Below, piece by piece: positions 1-8,909 of a stretch of 64,000 nt of DNA (within the stretch, counting starts at the first letter, position 1; the number at the start of each line of letters is the position of its first letter). The DNA comes from an uncultured Lachnospiraceae bacterium (lineage in GTDB: Bacteria > Bacillota > Clostridia > Eubacteriales > Anaerofustaceae), in NCBI GenBank assembly GCA_964444065.1, contig CAYUFL010000001.1:15015-79014 (forward strand), read 5' to 3'. The notes under the pieces are model-generated. The model searched no databases and was not told the origin of the DNA. It saw nothing but the letters and a program-made list of their open reading frames with translations. A program made the translations under genes and the position numbers.

Positions 1-53
1 TCCGATTGAAATTCAAAGCAATCTGATTGAACAATATTCGTAAGGAGTCCGCT

Positions 54-740
54 ATGCTGCATTGTGATAAATGCAATATCGATATCTCAACAGAAACAAA
101 TCAATGTCCGCTCTGTCAGGAGCCGATCGTAAGAAAAGCAGAAGAGCACGGAGAAAAAAGTTATCCGAGTTTTGAACCCTTGAAGAACCGCTATCAGCTG
201 ATCGCGAAAATTTCCTCTGCGGTCGCTTTGAGCACCATTGCGATTCTTGTTGCCATCAATCTGATTTTTTGGCATGGCAACCTTTGGAGCGTCATCGCAT
301 CGTCCTATATCCTTTATGCCTGGCTGCTCGGATTGCTGACATTCCACAAACGGGTACCGCTCGGACTGAAACTGATGTCGCACGCCGTGTTTATTTCGCT
401 GACACTGATTGCCGTTAATGCATTTACGGATGGCAAGGAGACGGTAATTCCCCCTTCCTGGGCAATTTCCTATACGCTTCCGTTGATTCTGGTTGGTTTC
501 ATCATTGCGATCAACCTGCTGATGATGCTGCGCAAACATAAACGCCGCGATATTCTGATCTATCAGCTGATGCTTTGTTCCTTCGGATTCGTGCCGCTGA
601 TATTGGTATTGGTCGGCATTGCAAAACCGATTCTGCCGAGCGCACTGGTTGCGGGATTTTCAGCGCTGACCATCATCGGGCTGGTGATCTTCACAAAGAG
701 AATTATCCTCTCCGAGTTTGTACGCAAGTTCCATATATAA
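54..740 (+). CDS. Zinc-ribbon multi-pass membrane protein (DUF6320-like), function unknown
   Basis: ORF 27..740. ATG at 54 is preceded by AAGGAG (41-46). N-terminal CDKC...CPLC zinc ribbon followed by several hydrophobic helices. Confidence 0.6.
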   Translation: MLHCDKCNIDISTETNQCPLCQEPIVRKAEEHGEKSYPSFEPLKNRYQLIAKISSAVALSTIAILVAINLIFWHGNLWSVIASSYILYAWLLGLLTFHKRVPLGLKLMSHAVFISLTLIAVNAFTDGKETVIPPSWAISYTLPLILVGFIIAINLLMMLRKHKRRDILIYQLMLCSFGFVPLILVLVGIAKPILPSALVAGFSALTIIGLVIFTKRIILSEFVRKFHI

Positions 741-761
741 AAATAGAAATGAAACGATACT

Positions 762-800
762 AAAAAACGATTCCCGAAAAAGAAACGGAATCGTTTTTTA
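762..800. terminator. Bidirectional intrinsic terminator between convergent genes
   Basis: Stem AACGATTCC / GGAATCGTT with an A-run before and a T-run after. Confidence 0.6.
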
Positions 801-808
801 TTCATTGT

Positions 809-1336
809 TTATCGGAATCGATTCAGAAAATCCTCGCTTGTCATGCCCTCCGCGAAGCGTCCGCACAGCACACTGTTGTGATGGCGGATGATCTGCTCTG
901 CGGGAAGTACCCCGCTGTCGAACGTCGTATGCGCGTCGGACAGAAGGATACCGCGATACCCATGCGAGAACGAACTGCGTACCGTCGTATCGAAACAATA
1001 TTCCGTCTGCATACCGACAAACACCGGACAGTCAATTTGCCGCTGTTTCAGCAGATCATCAAGATTCGTCATGTAAAAAGCGTCCCATGTCGTTTTCTTC
1101 ACGAGCATATCATTCGGCTGTGGTGCAACCTTCGGATAAATCTGCCATCCGTGCGTACCTTCGCGAAAATTCTCCTCTTCTGTATGCTGTACATAAACTA
1201 CAGGAAGATTGCGGCTGCGAAATGCCGCAAGGACTGTGCTCACATTTGACAGGAAAATTTCGCATTGATACGGTTTGACTGCTTCTTCAAACAACGCATT
1301 CTGTATATCGATCAGGACAAGTGCCGAATGCTCCAT
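809..1336 (-). CDS. Isochorismatase-family cysteine hydrolase
   Basis: 175 aa. N-terminal ALVLIDIQNALF, and a catalytic-Cys context VGMQTEYCFDTT typical of the family. Confidence 0.8.
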   Translation of the reverse strand: MEHSALVLIDIQNALFEEAVKPYQCEIFLSNVSTVLAAFRSRNLPVVYVQHTEEENFREGTHGWQIYPKVAPQPNDMLVKKTTWDAFYMTNLDDLLKQRQIDCPVFVGMQTEYCFDTTVRSSFSHGYRGILLSDAHTTFDSGVLPAEQIIRHHNSVLCGRFAEGMTSEDFLNRFR

Positions 1337-1357
1337 GCTGCATCCTCCGTCATTGTT

Positions 1358-1879
1358 TTATTTTGCAAGGATCACATATCCTTCTCTTCTCGGCAGCGCT
1401 TTCGGGGCTTCGCAGTCGGGATAACCGAGGACGAGGGAACCAACCCCGAAACAGTCATCGGAAAGCCCCCATGCTTTCATCAGTGCTTTGCCTTCTTCGG
1501 TTTCGAACATCTGCTTCTCTCTGTGAATCCAGCAGGAACCGATGCCGAGAGAATGCGCCGCAATGCCCAGATTGCCAAGCACCAGACTTGCATCTTCAAC
1601 CGGTGCGGCTTTTGTTTTGTCCCCGAACACCAGAATGATCGTCGGTGCCCCGTAATAAGTATCCGTCTCTTTGCCGATTACGGCAGCGTTCATTTTCGTC
1701 AGTTTCGCACGCAACGCGGGATCCTGAACGATCACGATGGTCGCGGACTGCTGGTTTGCAGCACTCGGTGCGTACATGCCTGCTTCCAGAATTGCATTGA
1801 GTTCGTCGTCCCTGATCTGGTCGGGCTTATATGTTCGGATGCTTCTCCTTTTTTTCAGACTCTGCAGTGTTTCATTCAT
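1358..1879 (-). CDS. Nitroreductase family protein
   Basis: 173 aa. KKRRSIRTYKPDQI motif and overall nitroreductase pattern. 21-nt gap to the downstream gene. Confidence 0.85.
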   Translation of the reverse strand: MNETLQSLKKRRSIRTYKPDQIRDDELNAILEAGMYAPSAANQQSATIVIVQDPALRAKLTKMNAAVIGKETDTYYGAPTIILVFGDKTKAAPVEDASLVLGNLGIAAHSLGIGSCWIHREKQMFETEEGKALMKAWGLSDDCFGVGSLVLGYPDCEAPKALPRREGYVILAK

Positions 1880-1905
1880 GATACCCTCCTGTTACCGTGT
1901 TATTT

Positions 1906-2733
1906 TCAGCAGTTTCCTGTATAAACATATTTTAAATATTCTCTGGCAATATCGGCAAGCCGGTAGACCGAAGCGACATCCGTCGAGGCACGATCCGCCA
2001 TTTTATAGGATGGGAAAAAGCGTGACACATGCAGCGGAATTTCAGGATTCACCTCAGCCAGCCAAGAGGCAAGTGCACGCATTTCGGGCTGCGAATCATT
2101 TTCATTCGGTATAATCAGAGTGCTCACTTCGACATGCGCCGATTCGGACGCAATCACGATACTGCGTTTCACGTCTTCCAAGCTGCCGCCGCACCGCTCG
2201 TAGAACTGCGCATCGAAACTTTTCAGATCAATGTTCAGCGCATCGATCACCGGGAGCAAATCACGCAGGGGGGCTTCGTTGACATATCCGTTCGTTACGA
2301 CGACAGTCTGCAATCCGCGATTTTTCGCCAGCGTCGCGCAATCGCGCACATATTCATACCCGATCAACGGCTCGTTATAGGTAAAAGCAATGCCGATGTT
2401 GTCCTCACTCTGCAGTTCCACTGCTTTTTCCACCAAATCATCGGGAGAGAAATAAACGGTATCCACATGGTCTGCATTGCTCATCGATATGCGGTAATTC
2501 TGGCAGAAACTGCAGTGCATGTTACAGCCGTAGCTCCCAACAGAAAGGATTTTGCTGCCGGGATGAAAATGAAACAGCGGTTTTTTTTCAATCGGATCAA
2601 GTGCGATTGCGCTCACAAGTCCGTAATTATCAGAGCGCACAGCACCGCCCTGATTGCTGCGTGCCTTGCAAATACCGATCTGACCTTCGTCCAGCCGACA
2701 TGCGTGCGGGCAAATATCACATATAGCTTTCAT
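1906..2733 (-). CDS. AmmeMemoRadiSam-system radical SAM enzyme
   Basis: 275 aa. CNMHCSFCQN (CxxxCxxC) plus an N-terminal Cys cluster CDICPHAC. ATGA start/stop overlap with the upstream AMMECR1-fusion gene. Confidence 0.8.
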   Translation of the reverse strand: MKAICDICPHACRLDEGQIGICKARSNQGGAVRSDNYGLVSAIALDPIEKKPLFHFHPGSKILSVGSYGCNMHCSFCQNYRISMSNADHVDTVYFSPDDLVEKAVELQSEDNIGIAFTYNEPLIGYEYVRDCATLAKNRGLQTVVVTNGYVNEAPLRDLLPVIDALNIDLKSFDAQFYERCGGSLEDVKRSIVIASESAHVEVSTLIIPNENDSQPEMRALASWLAEVNPEIPLHVSRFFPSYKMADRASTDVASVYRLADIAREYLKYVYTGNC

Positions 2734-4115
2734 GTGTGTCTCACCACCTCAAAGCGATCTATGCTGTAATTCTCATAGGTGCCGATCCCTGCTTTTTGCA
2801 GAGCAATCGCGATTTGTTCGTCCGGCGTATTCACGCCGTCCAGATGCGGAAGCAGCAGACCCCTGCGGGATCCGAGCGTAACGATCACACCATACCGCTT
2901 GGCATCCAGTTCGGCAACAGAAGAAACCGGCTCAGCCTCGCCGAGCACATCAACGCTGTACACCAGCAAATCCAGTTCGTCCTCCGTCACGGGATCAAAA
3001 CGGGGATCTTCCGCAGCCGCCTGCACGGCATTGCGCATAATTTCATCGGCAATGCATGCCTCCGTCGCAGAGATCGTTCCGATGCAGCCTCGCAGTCTTC
3101 CTTCTTCTTTCAGGGAAACAAAAACCCCCGCGGCATTTTCGGTCATTTCCTTGGGCAGATTCGGCGGACGGTTCGGTATTTTTCCGGTTCGCACAAAAGA
3201 TTCTACCGTCAGCCTGGCAAGCAGTACATACGCGTCTTCGCTGTCTTTGATCTGCCGCAGATGGCGCGTCAGATTTTCCTGATACAAATCGCCGATCCTT
3301 CGGGTATTGTCTTTTTTGATGATTCGGAAACCGGCGACCCAGTAACCGACCCCGAACGGACCTTCATACGAGAGAATCTGCGGCTCGACCGCAAATCCGT
3401 CCAAAGCACCCGCCATTACGATGAATCCGCGCAGACCGCATTCCGCTGCAGCATCGGTAAACGATTCTTCAAACGTGAGAAATTTCATAAAATCGCCATC
3501 GGCAGCAGCCTGCATGATTTGTTTGTCGAATGCGGGTCCTTCGGGAGAATAACCGTAAGGACCTTCCGGTAAAAGCTTGTGGGAAAGATCACCGCTGGCG
3601 ATGAGCACCACCCGTTTCCCGAGGTGCTCCGCCGCATCTGCGATACACTGACCGAAGCGATAATGCGTCAGCGGGCTGAGCCCCGAAATCGAAATACGTA
3701 CAATTTGATAAGTATGATATACCTGCTCGATAAAATACAGCGGTACCAGTACCCCATGATCCAGTGACGGATCACGCGCGCCCATCGTCCCTGCGGGAAT
3801 ATGTCTCTGTGCCGCGATTTGCGTAATTTCATCCACAAGTGCTTCGTCATAGCTTTTTTTCATATGCACTTCGTCCGCACCGAAACTTGCAAAATCGCCT
3901 TCGGCACCGTTGCCGGGAGAGATATGCAGATAATCGGCATACATGACATTATGCGGAGTAATAAAGATCACCGTCTCCGGACGAAAAGCGGCAACTTGCT
4001 CACCGACCCGGCGAAAAGCATGAACCGTCGCTTCGATTTGATGCTCCTGTCCCTTTCCGACCGCCGGAATAATCAACGGAGGATGTGGGACGATAAACGT
4101 TCCTAGCAATGGCAT
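2730..4115 (-). CDS. Fusion protein: class III extradiol dioxygenase (LigB/Memo-like) N-domain plus AMMECR1 C-domain
   Basis: 461 aa. N-terminus FIVPHPPLIIP...SGDLSH is LigB/Memo-like. C-terminus GVFVSLKEEGRLRGCIGTI is the AMMECR1 signature. Confidence 0.75.
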   Translation of the reverse strand: MPLLGTFIVPHPPLIIPAVGKGQEHQIEATVHAFRRVGEQVAAFRPETVIFITPHNVMYADYLHISPGNGAEGDFASFGADEVHMKKSYDEALVDEITQIAAQRHIPAGTMGARDPSLDHGVLVPLYFIEQVYHTYQIVRISISGLSPLTHYRFGQCIADAAEHLGKRVVLIASGDLSHKLLPEGPYGYSPEGPAFDKQIMQAAADGDFMKFLTFEESFTDAAAECGLRGFIVMAGALDGFAVEPQILSYEGPFGVGYWVAGFRIIKKDNTRRIGDLYQENLTRHLRQIKDSEDAYVLLARLTVESFVRTGKIPNRPPNLPKEMTENAAGVFVSLKEEGRLRGCIGTISATEACIADEIMRNAVQAAAEDPRFDPVTEDELDLLVYSVDVLGEAEPVSSVAELDAKRYGVIVTLGSRRGLLLPHLDGVNTPDEQIAIALQKAGIGTYENYSIDRFEVVRHT

Positions 4116-4190
4116 TGGCGCGCACCTCCCGGTTCTTTTCTTGATTATAGCACATGATTTGATTTCGTCTGCATTATATTGTTTAATTAT

Positions 4191-4640
4191 CTAATGATTC
4201 AATAACTTCTTTTTAACTGCGCACCGGATTTCGACCAAATCGATCACATCCTGCAATTCTTCATCGCTGAGTACGCGGTAATGCAGCCATCCGCCGCATT
4301 TTCCGCAGGGGTATCTTTTCTCCCAAAGGTCCTTTGTTTTCGGAAGCATCCCCTCAATCAGTTTTTCTTTGCCTGCAAATACACCGTCGGAGAGAGAAAT
4401 CGTTACGGTAAAAGCGCCCTTTTCAAAAAACAGGTAACAAAGCGGCTTGCTTTTATGGCAGTACCGCCAGCACCAGCCGTACGGTTTACCAAACGGGAAC
4501 TGCAGCAATTTTTTCAGATCGTAACGACAGGACAACTCTGATTCGAAGCGATCGATTCGCTCCGATGCCTCTTTTCCGACCCATGATCGAATCAGTTCTT
4601 CGTAAGGAATTTCCGTTTTTTGGGTTAATCTTTCATACAT
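4191..4640 (-). CDS. DUF3788-like protein
   Basis: 149-aa ORF ending at TAG. Cys-rich C-terminus (YPCGKCGGWLHY). Family call is from memory of the pattern. Confidence 0.55.
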   Translation of the reverse strand: MYERLTQKTEIPYEELIRSWVGKEASERIDRFESELSCRYDLKKLLQFPFGKPYGWCWRYCHKSKPLCYLFFEKGAFTVTISLSDGVFAGKEKLIEGMLPKTKDLWEKRYPCGKCGGWLHYRVLSDEELQDVIDLVEIRCAVKKKLLNH

Positions 4641-4731
4641 GAGTCATACCTCCCCGATTACGGAGTACCTGAAAAGGTACCTATATCGTTCTGCCTAGAT
4701 CATAGCACAATTTTGCACAAATGCAAGTGCA

Positions 4732-4770
4732 CAAAAATAAAGTACGGACCGTTTCGTTGCGGTCCGTACT
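4732..4770 (-). terminator. Intrinsic terminator downstream of the DUF4956 gene
   Basis: 10-bp stem AGTACGGACC / GGTCCGTACT followed on the minus strand by TTTATTTTTG. Confidence 0.6.
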
Positions 4771-4855
4771 TTGCTTAAGAAGAGGGAAAAATTGATACAT
4801 CCCCAAGTGGATGTCTCCTGCCAACCGATTCAGGATCAAAAAAAGCAGCGGTTGA

Positions 4856-5551
4856 CTACATCTGCAACCCCGCGCTGTCTTCCTGTTCTTTCATCGTAAG
4901 GATGATGCTCAGGTTTCCGTTGCGGCATCGCAGTTCGTCGATTAATTTCTTTTGACTGACCGATTGTTTCAGATCGATATTGTAAACGACTTCGAACAAT
5001 GTGCCGAAATCGGTGGTACGCACTCGTTTCATCTACCAACTGTTGGCATATTTTTTCAGAATATCATCAAACAATCCCTGGAAGTTCAGATTCTCGGGAA
5101 TGGTAATTTTCAATTGCATTCCTGCGGTTGTTTTCTTTGCGTAATGTGTCACGTGCAGGATAAACATCACGATGCTGACGATGAGCGCAAAGACCGCCGC
5201 GTATAAAACGTATCCCATCCCGCAGGCAAGTCCGACGCCCATTGAGAAAAAGATGTACGAAATATCCTTCGGATTACCGGGGGCACTGCGGAAACGCACC
5301 AGGCTGAACGCTCCTGCAAGACTGAATGCGCGGGCAACATTGCTGCCGATAAGCATAATTACCACTGCAACCACTGCAGGCAAAATAATCAGTGTGACTG
5401 TAAAACTCGGTGTGTATCCGTCGTCTTTTTGGATATACAGATAAACAAGACTGATGAAGAATCCAAGGCTCAATGCGGATACCAGTGCGACCACCATATT
5501 CATTAATGTAAAAGTATCCTCGGTTGTAGTGCTGAATAATGACTCAAGCAT
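4856..5551 (-). pseudogene. DUF4956 membrane protein interrupted by one in-frame TAG (5033-5035), either a pseudogene or read through
   Basis: The 172-aa ORF (5033..5551) ends ...LKKYANSW-TAG. The same frame then continues directly with ATG MKRVRTTDFGTLFEVVYNIDLK...ELRCRNGNL for 58 more codons, the conserved C-terminal part of the family. The fragment has no SD of its own. Confidence 0.65.
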
Positions 5552-6347
5552 TGATCTTCTCCTTTAAACAAGCTGAATTTTTAGAGTTCGCACGCTGGCT
5601 TTTCAAATCGGATTGAACATAATCCGCACCGGCTGCATGCAGCCGATAATTCGTATATTCCGTGCCGTATTTGGAAAACCCTGTTCGGTAAATATCCATA
5701 TCTGACAAAGTATCTGCAAGCCATTTCGGCACGGCTCCGTTCATTTTGACTTCCATCAGGTATTGCCCGTCTCGCAAAAGCGGCGACCCATATTCTCCGC
5801 TCTCCAACTTCAGATCGGTTCTGCGCGAACGCAAATCATAATCAAAAGTAATACGAAAGTCGGAATCGTGCAAGCCGAAAAATGCGATGCGGTGATAACT
5901 GATATACGATACCGGATGCACCCGGTGCAGCGAAAGAAAATAGTCGATCTCGTGCAGCACCTGCCGGTTCATATAATCGGCACAGACAGGTTGGCTTCCG
6001 TTTTGCAGATAATCATATGCTTCCCGAAGCGTCACGACTGCACGTCGTTTGAATACGGTTTGCACTGATTTCTTTTTCAGCTCCAAAAAAACTTCGTCCT
6101 GCGGCAGAATCGGATACCGATAGCTGCGCAGCCTGATTTTTTCCTTATATTTCGGTTTCATCAGCGATGTACGGATGAGAGAGTTGTTGTCTGTATCGTA
6201 ATACAGATTATAGACCGTATAATCTTTTCCGTTTTCGCAGTAGCTGTCAGGCTACATATATTTTTCAATCTTCGAAAGCAGCATCTGAAACTGGCTTCGA
6301 TTGAGGGTGAATTTCATTTCCGAACGTTGAAAGGATGTAATCGCCAT
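5544..6347 (-). pseudogene. VTC-domain (polyphosphate-polymerase-like) protein interrupted by one in-frame TAG (6252-6254)
   Basis: ATG 6347 has a GGAGG SD. After 31 codons (MAITSFQRSEMKFTLNRSQFQMLLSKIEKYM) comes TAG. The same frame then runs on through PDSYCENGKDYTVYNLYYDTDNN into the tracked 205-aa ORF. ATGCTTGA overlap with the DUF4956 start. Confidence 0.65.
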
Positions 6348-6370
6348 CTTTATTGCCTCCGCACTTTTCA

Positions 6371-8194
6371 TCATCTTATCTGTGTATTTCCTCCGCCCGA
6401 ACCGGCAGATGTCACAATACTTGAAATTGTAAAACTGGTATATTTGTTTCCTGCGGTATAGGTTCCCGCAATGGTGAGCCCGTCTTTGGAAGTACCGGAG
6501 CAGCTTCCTCCCGTATAAACAAGGTATGTGCTTCCTTTTGCGAGATCGGGAGAGCAGACCACGACATTCTGATAAGTTTTCGTCGGGACAAAGGAAAGAA
6601 TCAAATTACCGCTGTTGTCCGTGATGGTAAATCTTGTGTTTGCCGCAATACTGCTGCTGAATGTTGTTGAAACAGCATACTGTGTGGATGAAGTATCGAG
6701 ACTTTCTGCCATACCAGAGCTGCCTGCCGCAACAAGCAATCCGCCGCTCATAACGAAAGTCCCGTTGGCATCAAGCGCTCCGTTGCTGTTTGAAGTCGGT
6801 CCGCAGACCAGAATCGTACCGGCGGTGATTTTGATCGATCCGTTGGAATCGAGTCCGTCACCGGACGCGTTGATATAGATATATCCGCCGTTAATGTACA
6901 AATATGCATTTTCCACCGCATTCATATTTGCCTGACCTGCTCTGCCGCTGGTGGAGGAACTGTCTGCTCCGCCGGCACAATTCATGCCGTCGTCGCTGGA
7001 TGTAATATAGATTGTGCCGTCATTGATCGTGACAGTGGTACTTTCGATACCTTCATAAGACTTTGTAATCGCAATGCTGCCGCCGTTGATCGTGATGCTT
7101 GTATCGGCATGCATGCCGTCGTCTCCGGAATTCAGCGTCAGTTCACCGCCGCTGACTGTAACGGAATCATTGGCATGAATTGCATCATCTGCCGAATCGA
7201 CCGTAAGGCTGCCGCCTGATATCGTAACTGCGGAAGAAGATTTAATCCCTTTCCCGCTGCTGCTTTCTTCTTCCGAAGAAGAGCTGCTCATGCTGCTGCC
7301 GGGATTGTACAGAGAACTGGAGGAATTATTGATGCTGTTTGCGCTGCCTCCCCCGGAGGAAATCATGATGCTTCCTCCGTTGACCGTTACCGCAGACACC
7401 CCCTGAATACCGTCATTCCCTGCCGTAATATTCAATATGCCGCTGTCGATACGCACATATCCGAGAGCACTTTCCGTCTCATTTGTTGCTTTGATCCCAT
7501 CGCCGCCGGCATCGACGGTGATCGTCGCATTTTCAATTGCTACCGTATCTTTTCCGATAATACCGTCATCTACCGAAACGATGTTGATCGTACCGTCCGT
7601 TATTTTCAGATCATCTTTACTTTTTATCCCGTTGTTGTAATTCGCATTTACGTTCAGCGTTCCGCTTCCCGTAACGGAAAGATCCGCTTTGCTGAAAATA
7701 GCTGCATCGGGTTCTCCGTCTTCATCCGTATCGTAACTGCTTGCGTCGCTCACGGTATTTTCGGTCCCTTCCGCAAGAATCAGCACGACTTTAAGCGCGT
7801 CATCAACATAGATCGGAGCACTGTCGCTGCAAACAATATCCACCCCGTTCAGAACGATACGTACCAAATCATTATCCGTAGCATCCACCACGATCTGACC
7901 GTCGTTCAGACTTCCGCTGATCACATACGTTCCGGCGGACGAAATGGTGATGATATTCTTCTTAACGCTTGCGCCGCTTCCGTCAACGGACGAATTGTTG
8001 TCCGATAGTGTAATGACGGTTGCGCTGTCGTCCCATGCCGCATCCGTATCTTCACTCGCAAAGGAACTGTCGGACGGCGTGTCCGTATCGGTACTTGTAT
8101 TTTTGGATGTGCATCCGTACAATGCAGGAACGACCATCGCGCACACAATCAGCAGAACCATCAATCGTTTCATCGTTTTTTTTGCTTTCTTCAT
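6371..8194 (-). CDS. Secreted lipoprotein with repetitive beta-helix-like carbohydrate-binding region
   Basis: 607 aa. Signal peptide with lipobox (VPALYGC). Repeated S/T/G-rich ...GDDG[IM]...I.I.GG motifs. Usual partner of VTC/DUF4956 genes. Confidence 0.6.
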   Translation of the reverse strand: MKKAKKTMKRLMVLLIVCAMVVPALYGCTSKNTSTDTDTPSDSSFASEDTDAAWDDSATVITLSDNNSSVDGSGASVKKNIITISSAGTYVISGSLNDGQIVVDATDNDLVRIVLNGVDIVCSDSAPIYVDDALKVVLILAEGTENTVSDASSYDTDEDGEPDAAIFSKADLSVTGSGTLNVNANYNNGIKSKDDLKITDGTINIVSVDDGIIGKDTVAIENATITVDAGGDGIKATNETESALGYVRIDSGILNITAGNDGIQGVSAVTVNGGSIMISSGGGSANSINNSSSSLYNPGSSMSSSSSEEESSSGKGIKSSSAVTISGGSLTVDSADDAIHANDSVTVSGGELTLNSGDDGMHADTSITINGGSIAITKSYEGIESTTVTINDGTIYITSSDDGMNCAGGADSSSTSGRAGQANMNAVENAYLYINGGYIYINASGDGLDSNGSIKITAGTILVCGPTSNSNGALDANGTFVMSGGLLVAAGSSGMAESLDTSSTQYAVSTTFSSSIAANTRFTITDNSGNLILSFVPTKTYQNVVVCSPDLAKGSTYLVYTGGSCSGTSKDGLTIAGTYTAGNKYTSFTISSIVTSAGSGGGNTQIR

Positions 8195-8339
8195 TTCTTC
8201 AATCCCTTTACGTTAAATTTACACTTGATAGGTTTGATTATATGGCTGAATGTGACAGTCTCATGAACATTTCGTGACGATTGCCGTTTTCGCCCTTACC
8301 TGAAACGTTTTTAATAATTCACACCGGGATTTTCCACAA

Positions 8340-8369
8340 TAAAAAAGAAACCCGCATGACGCAGGTTTC
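8340..8369 (-). terminator. Intrinsic terminator after the PH-domain gene
   Basis: Stem GAAACCCGC / GCAGGTTTC, followed on the minus strand by TTTTTTATTG. Confidence 0.55.
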
Positions 8370-8393
8370 CGTTTTCGATCAAACCAATCCTAT

Positions 8394-8771
8394 TTATTTC
8401 AGAACAAAATCTCCGATGAATTTGCAGATACCTCTGATATCTACACTGCCGCCGAATTCCAGTTTTACTTTCCCGAGTCCGCTGAACCAAAGTTCCATCT
8501 CGCTGTCCAAATCGAATGATCCTGCTGTCTCGACCGAAAATGCTTGAATTTTTGCATAAGGCAGAGAAGAATAATCTTTTTTCTTTCCTGAAATCCCCTG
8601 TACATTGATTGTGATAATGCGCTTGTTCGTAAAAACCACCATGTCTCTGATTGCCTGAAAAGTCATCACGACGGCTTCTCCGTCAATCAACAGAGGCTGC
8701 ACCATTGACACTCCGCTGTTGAGATCGACCGGTTTGAGTTTAAAGACTGCATCTTTGCCAAAATCTATCAT
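8394..8771 (-). CDS. Bacterial PH-domain (YokE-like) protein
   Basis: 125 aa. The pattern ...MVVFTNKRIITINVQG...YSSLPYAKIQAFSVETAG is typical of bPH domain proteins. Confidence 0.65.
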   Translation of the reverse strand: MIDFGKDAVFKLKPVDLNSGVSMVQPLLIDGEAVVMTFQAIRDMVVFTNKRIITINVQGISGKKKDYSSLPYAKIQAFSVETAGSFDLDSEMELWFSGLGKVKLEFGGSVDIRGICKFIGDFVLK

Positions 8772-8844
8772 TGTAGATCCCCCTGGTATTTTAATATATA
8801 CTATTATAATACAAAATTATTTGAATACACAAGTAAATTATCTG

Positions 8845-8882
8845 AAAAATAAAAAACAGGCATCTGAATAGAATACCTGTTT
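8845..8882 (-). terminator. Probable intrinsic terminator after the permease gene
   Basis: Stem AACAGG / CCTGTT with a large loop. T-run on the minus strand. Confidence 0.45.
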
Positions 8883-8909
8883 TACGGAATGCTTCGAATG
8901 ACTGATCTG

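Noticed and set aside
4116-4193. The TAG stop of the DUF3788 gene is in frame with the downstream AMMECR1-fusion start. Could this be a third readthrough case?
   Set aside because: The 75-nt spacer carries the SD of the next gene and translates to non-conserved sequence. The DUF3788-like protein already has the expected length. Being in frame has a 1-in-3 chance of arising by coincidence.
4836-5039. Tracked 67-aa ORF on the minus strand downstream of the DUF4956 ORF.
   Set aside because: It is in the wrong frame. The conserved DUF4956 C-terminal sequence lies in the frame contiguous with the upstream ORF (4856-5032). The 67-aa translation is R/H-rich with no features.
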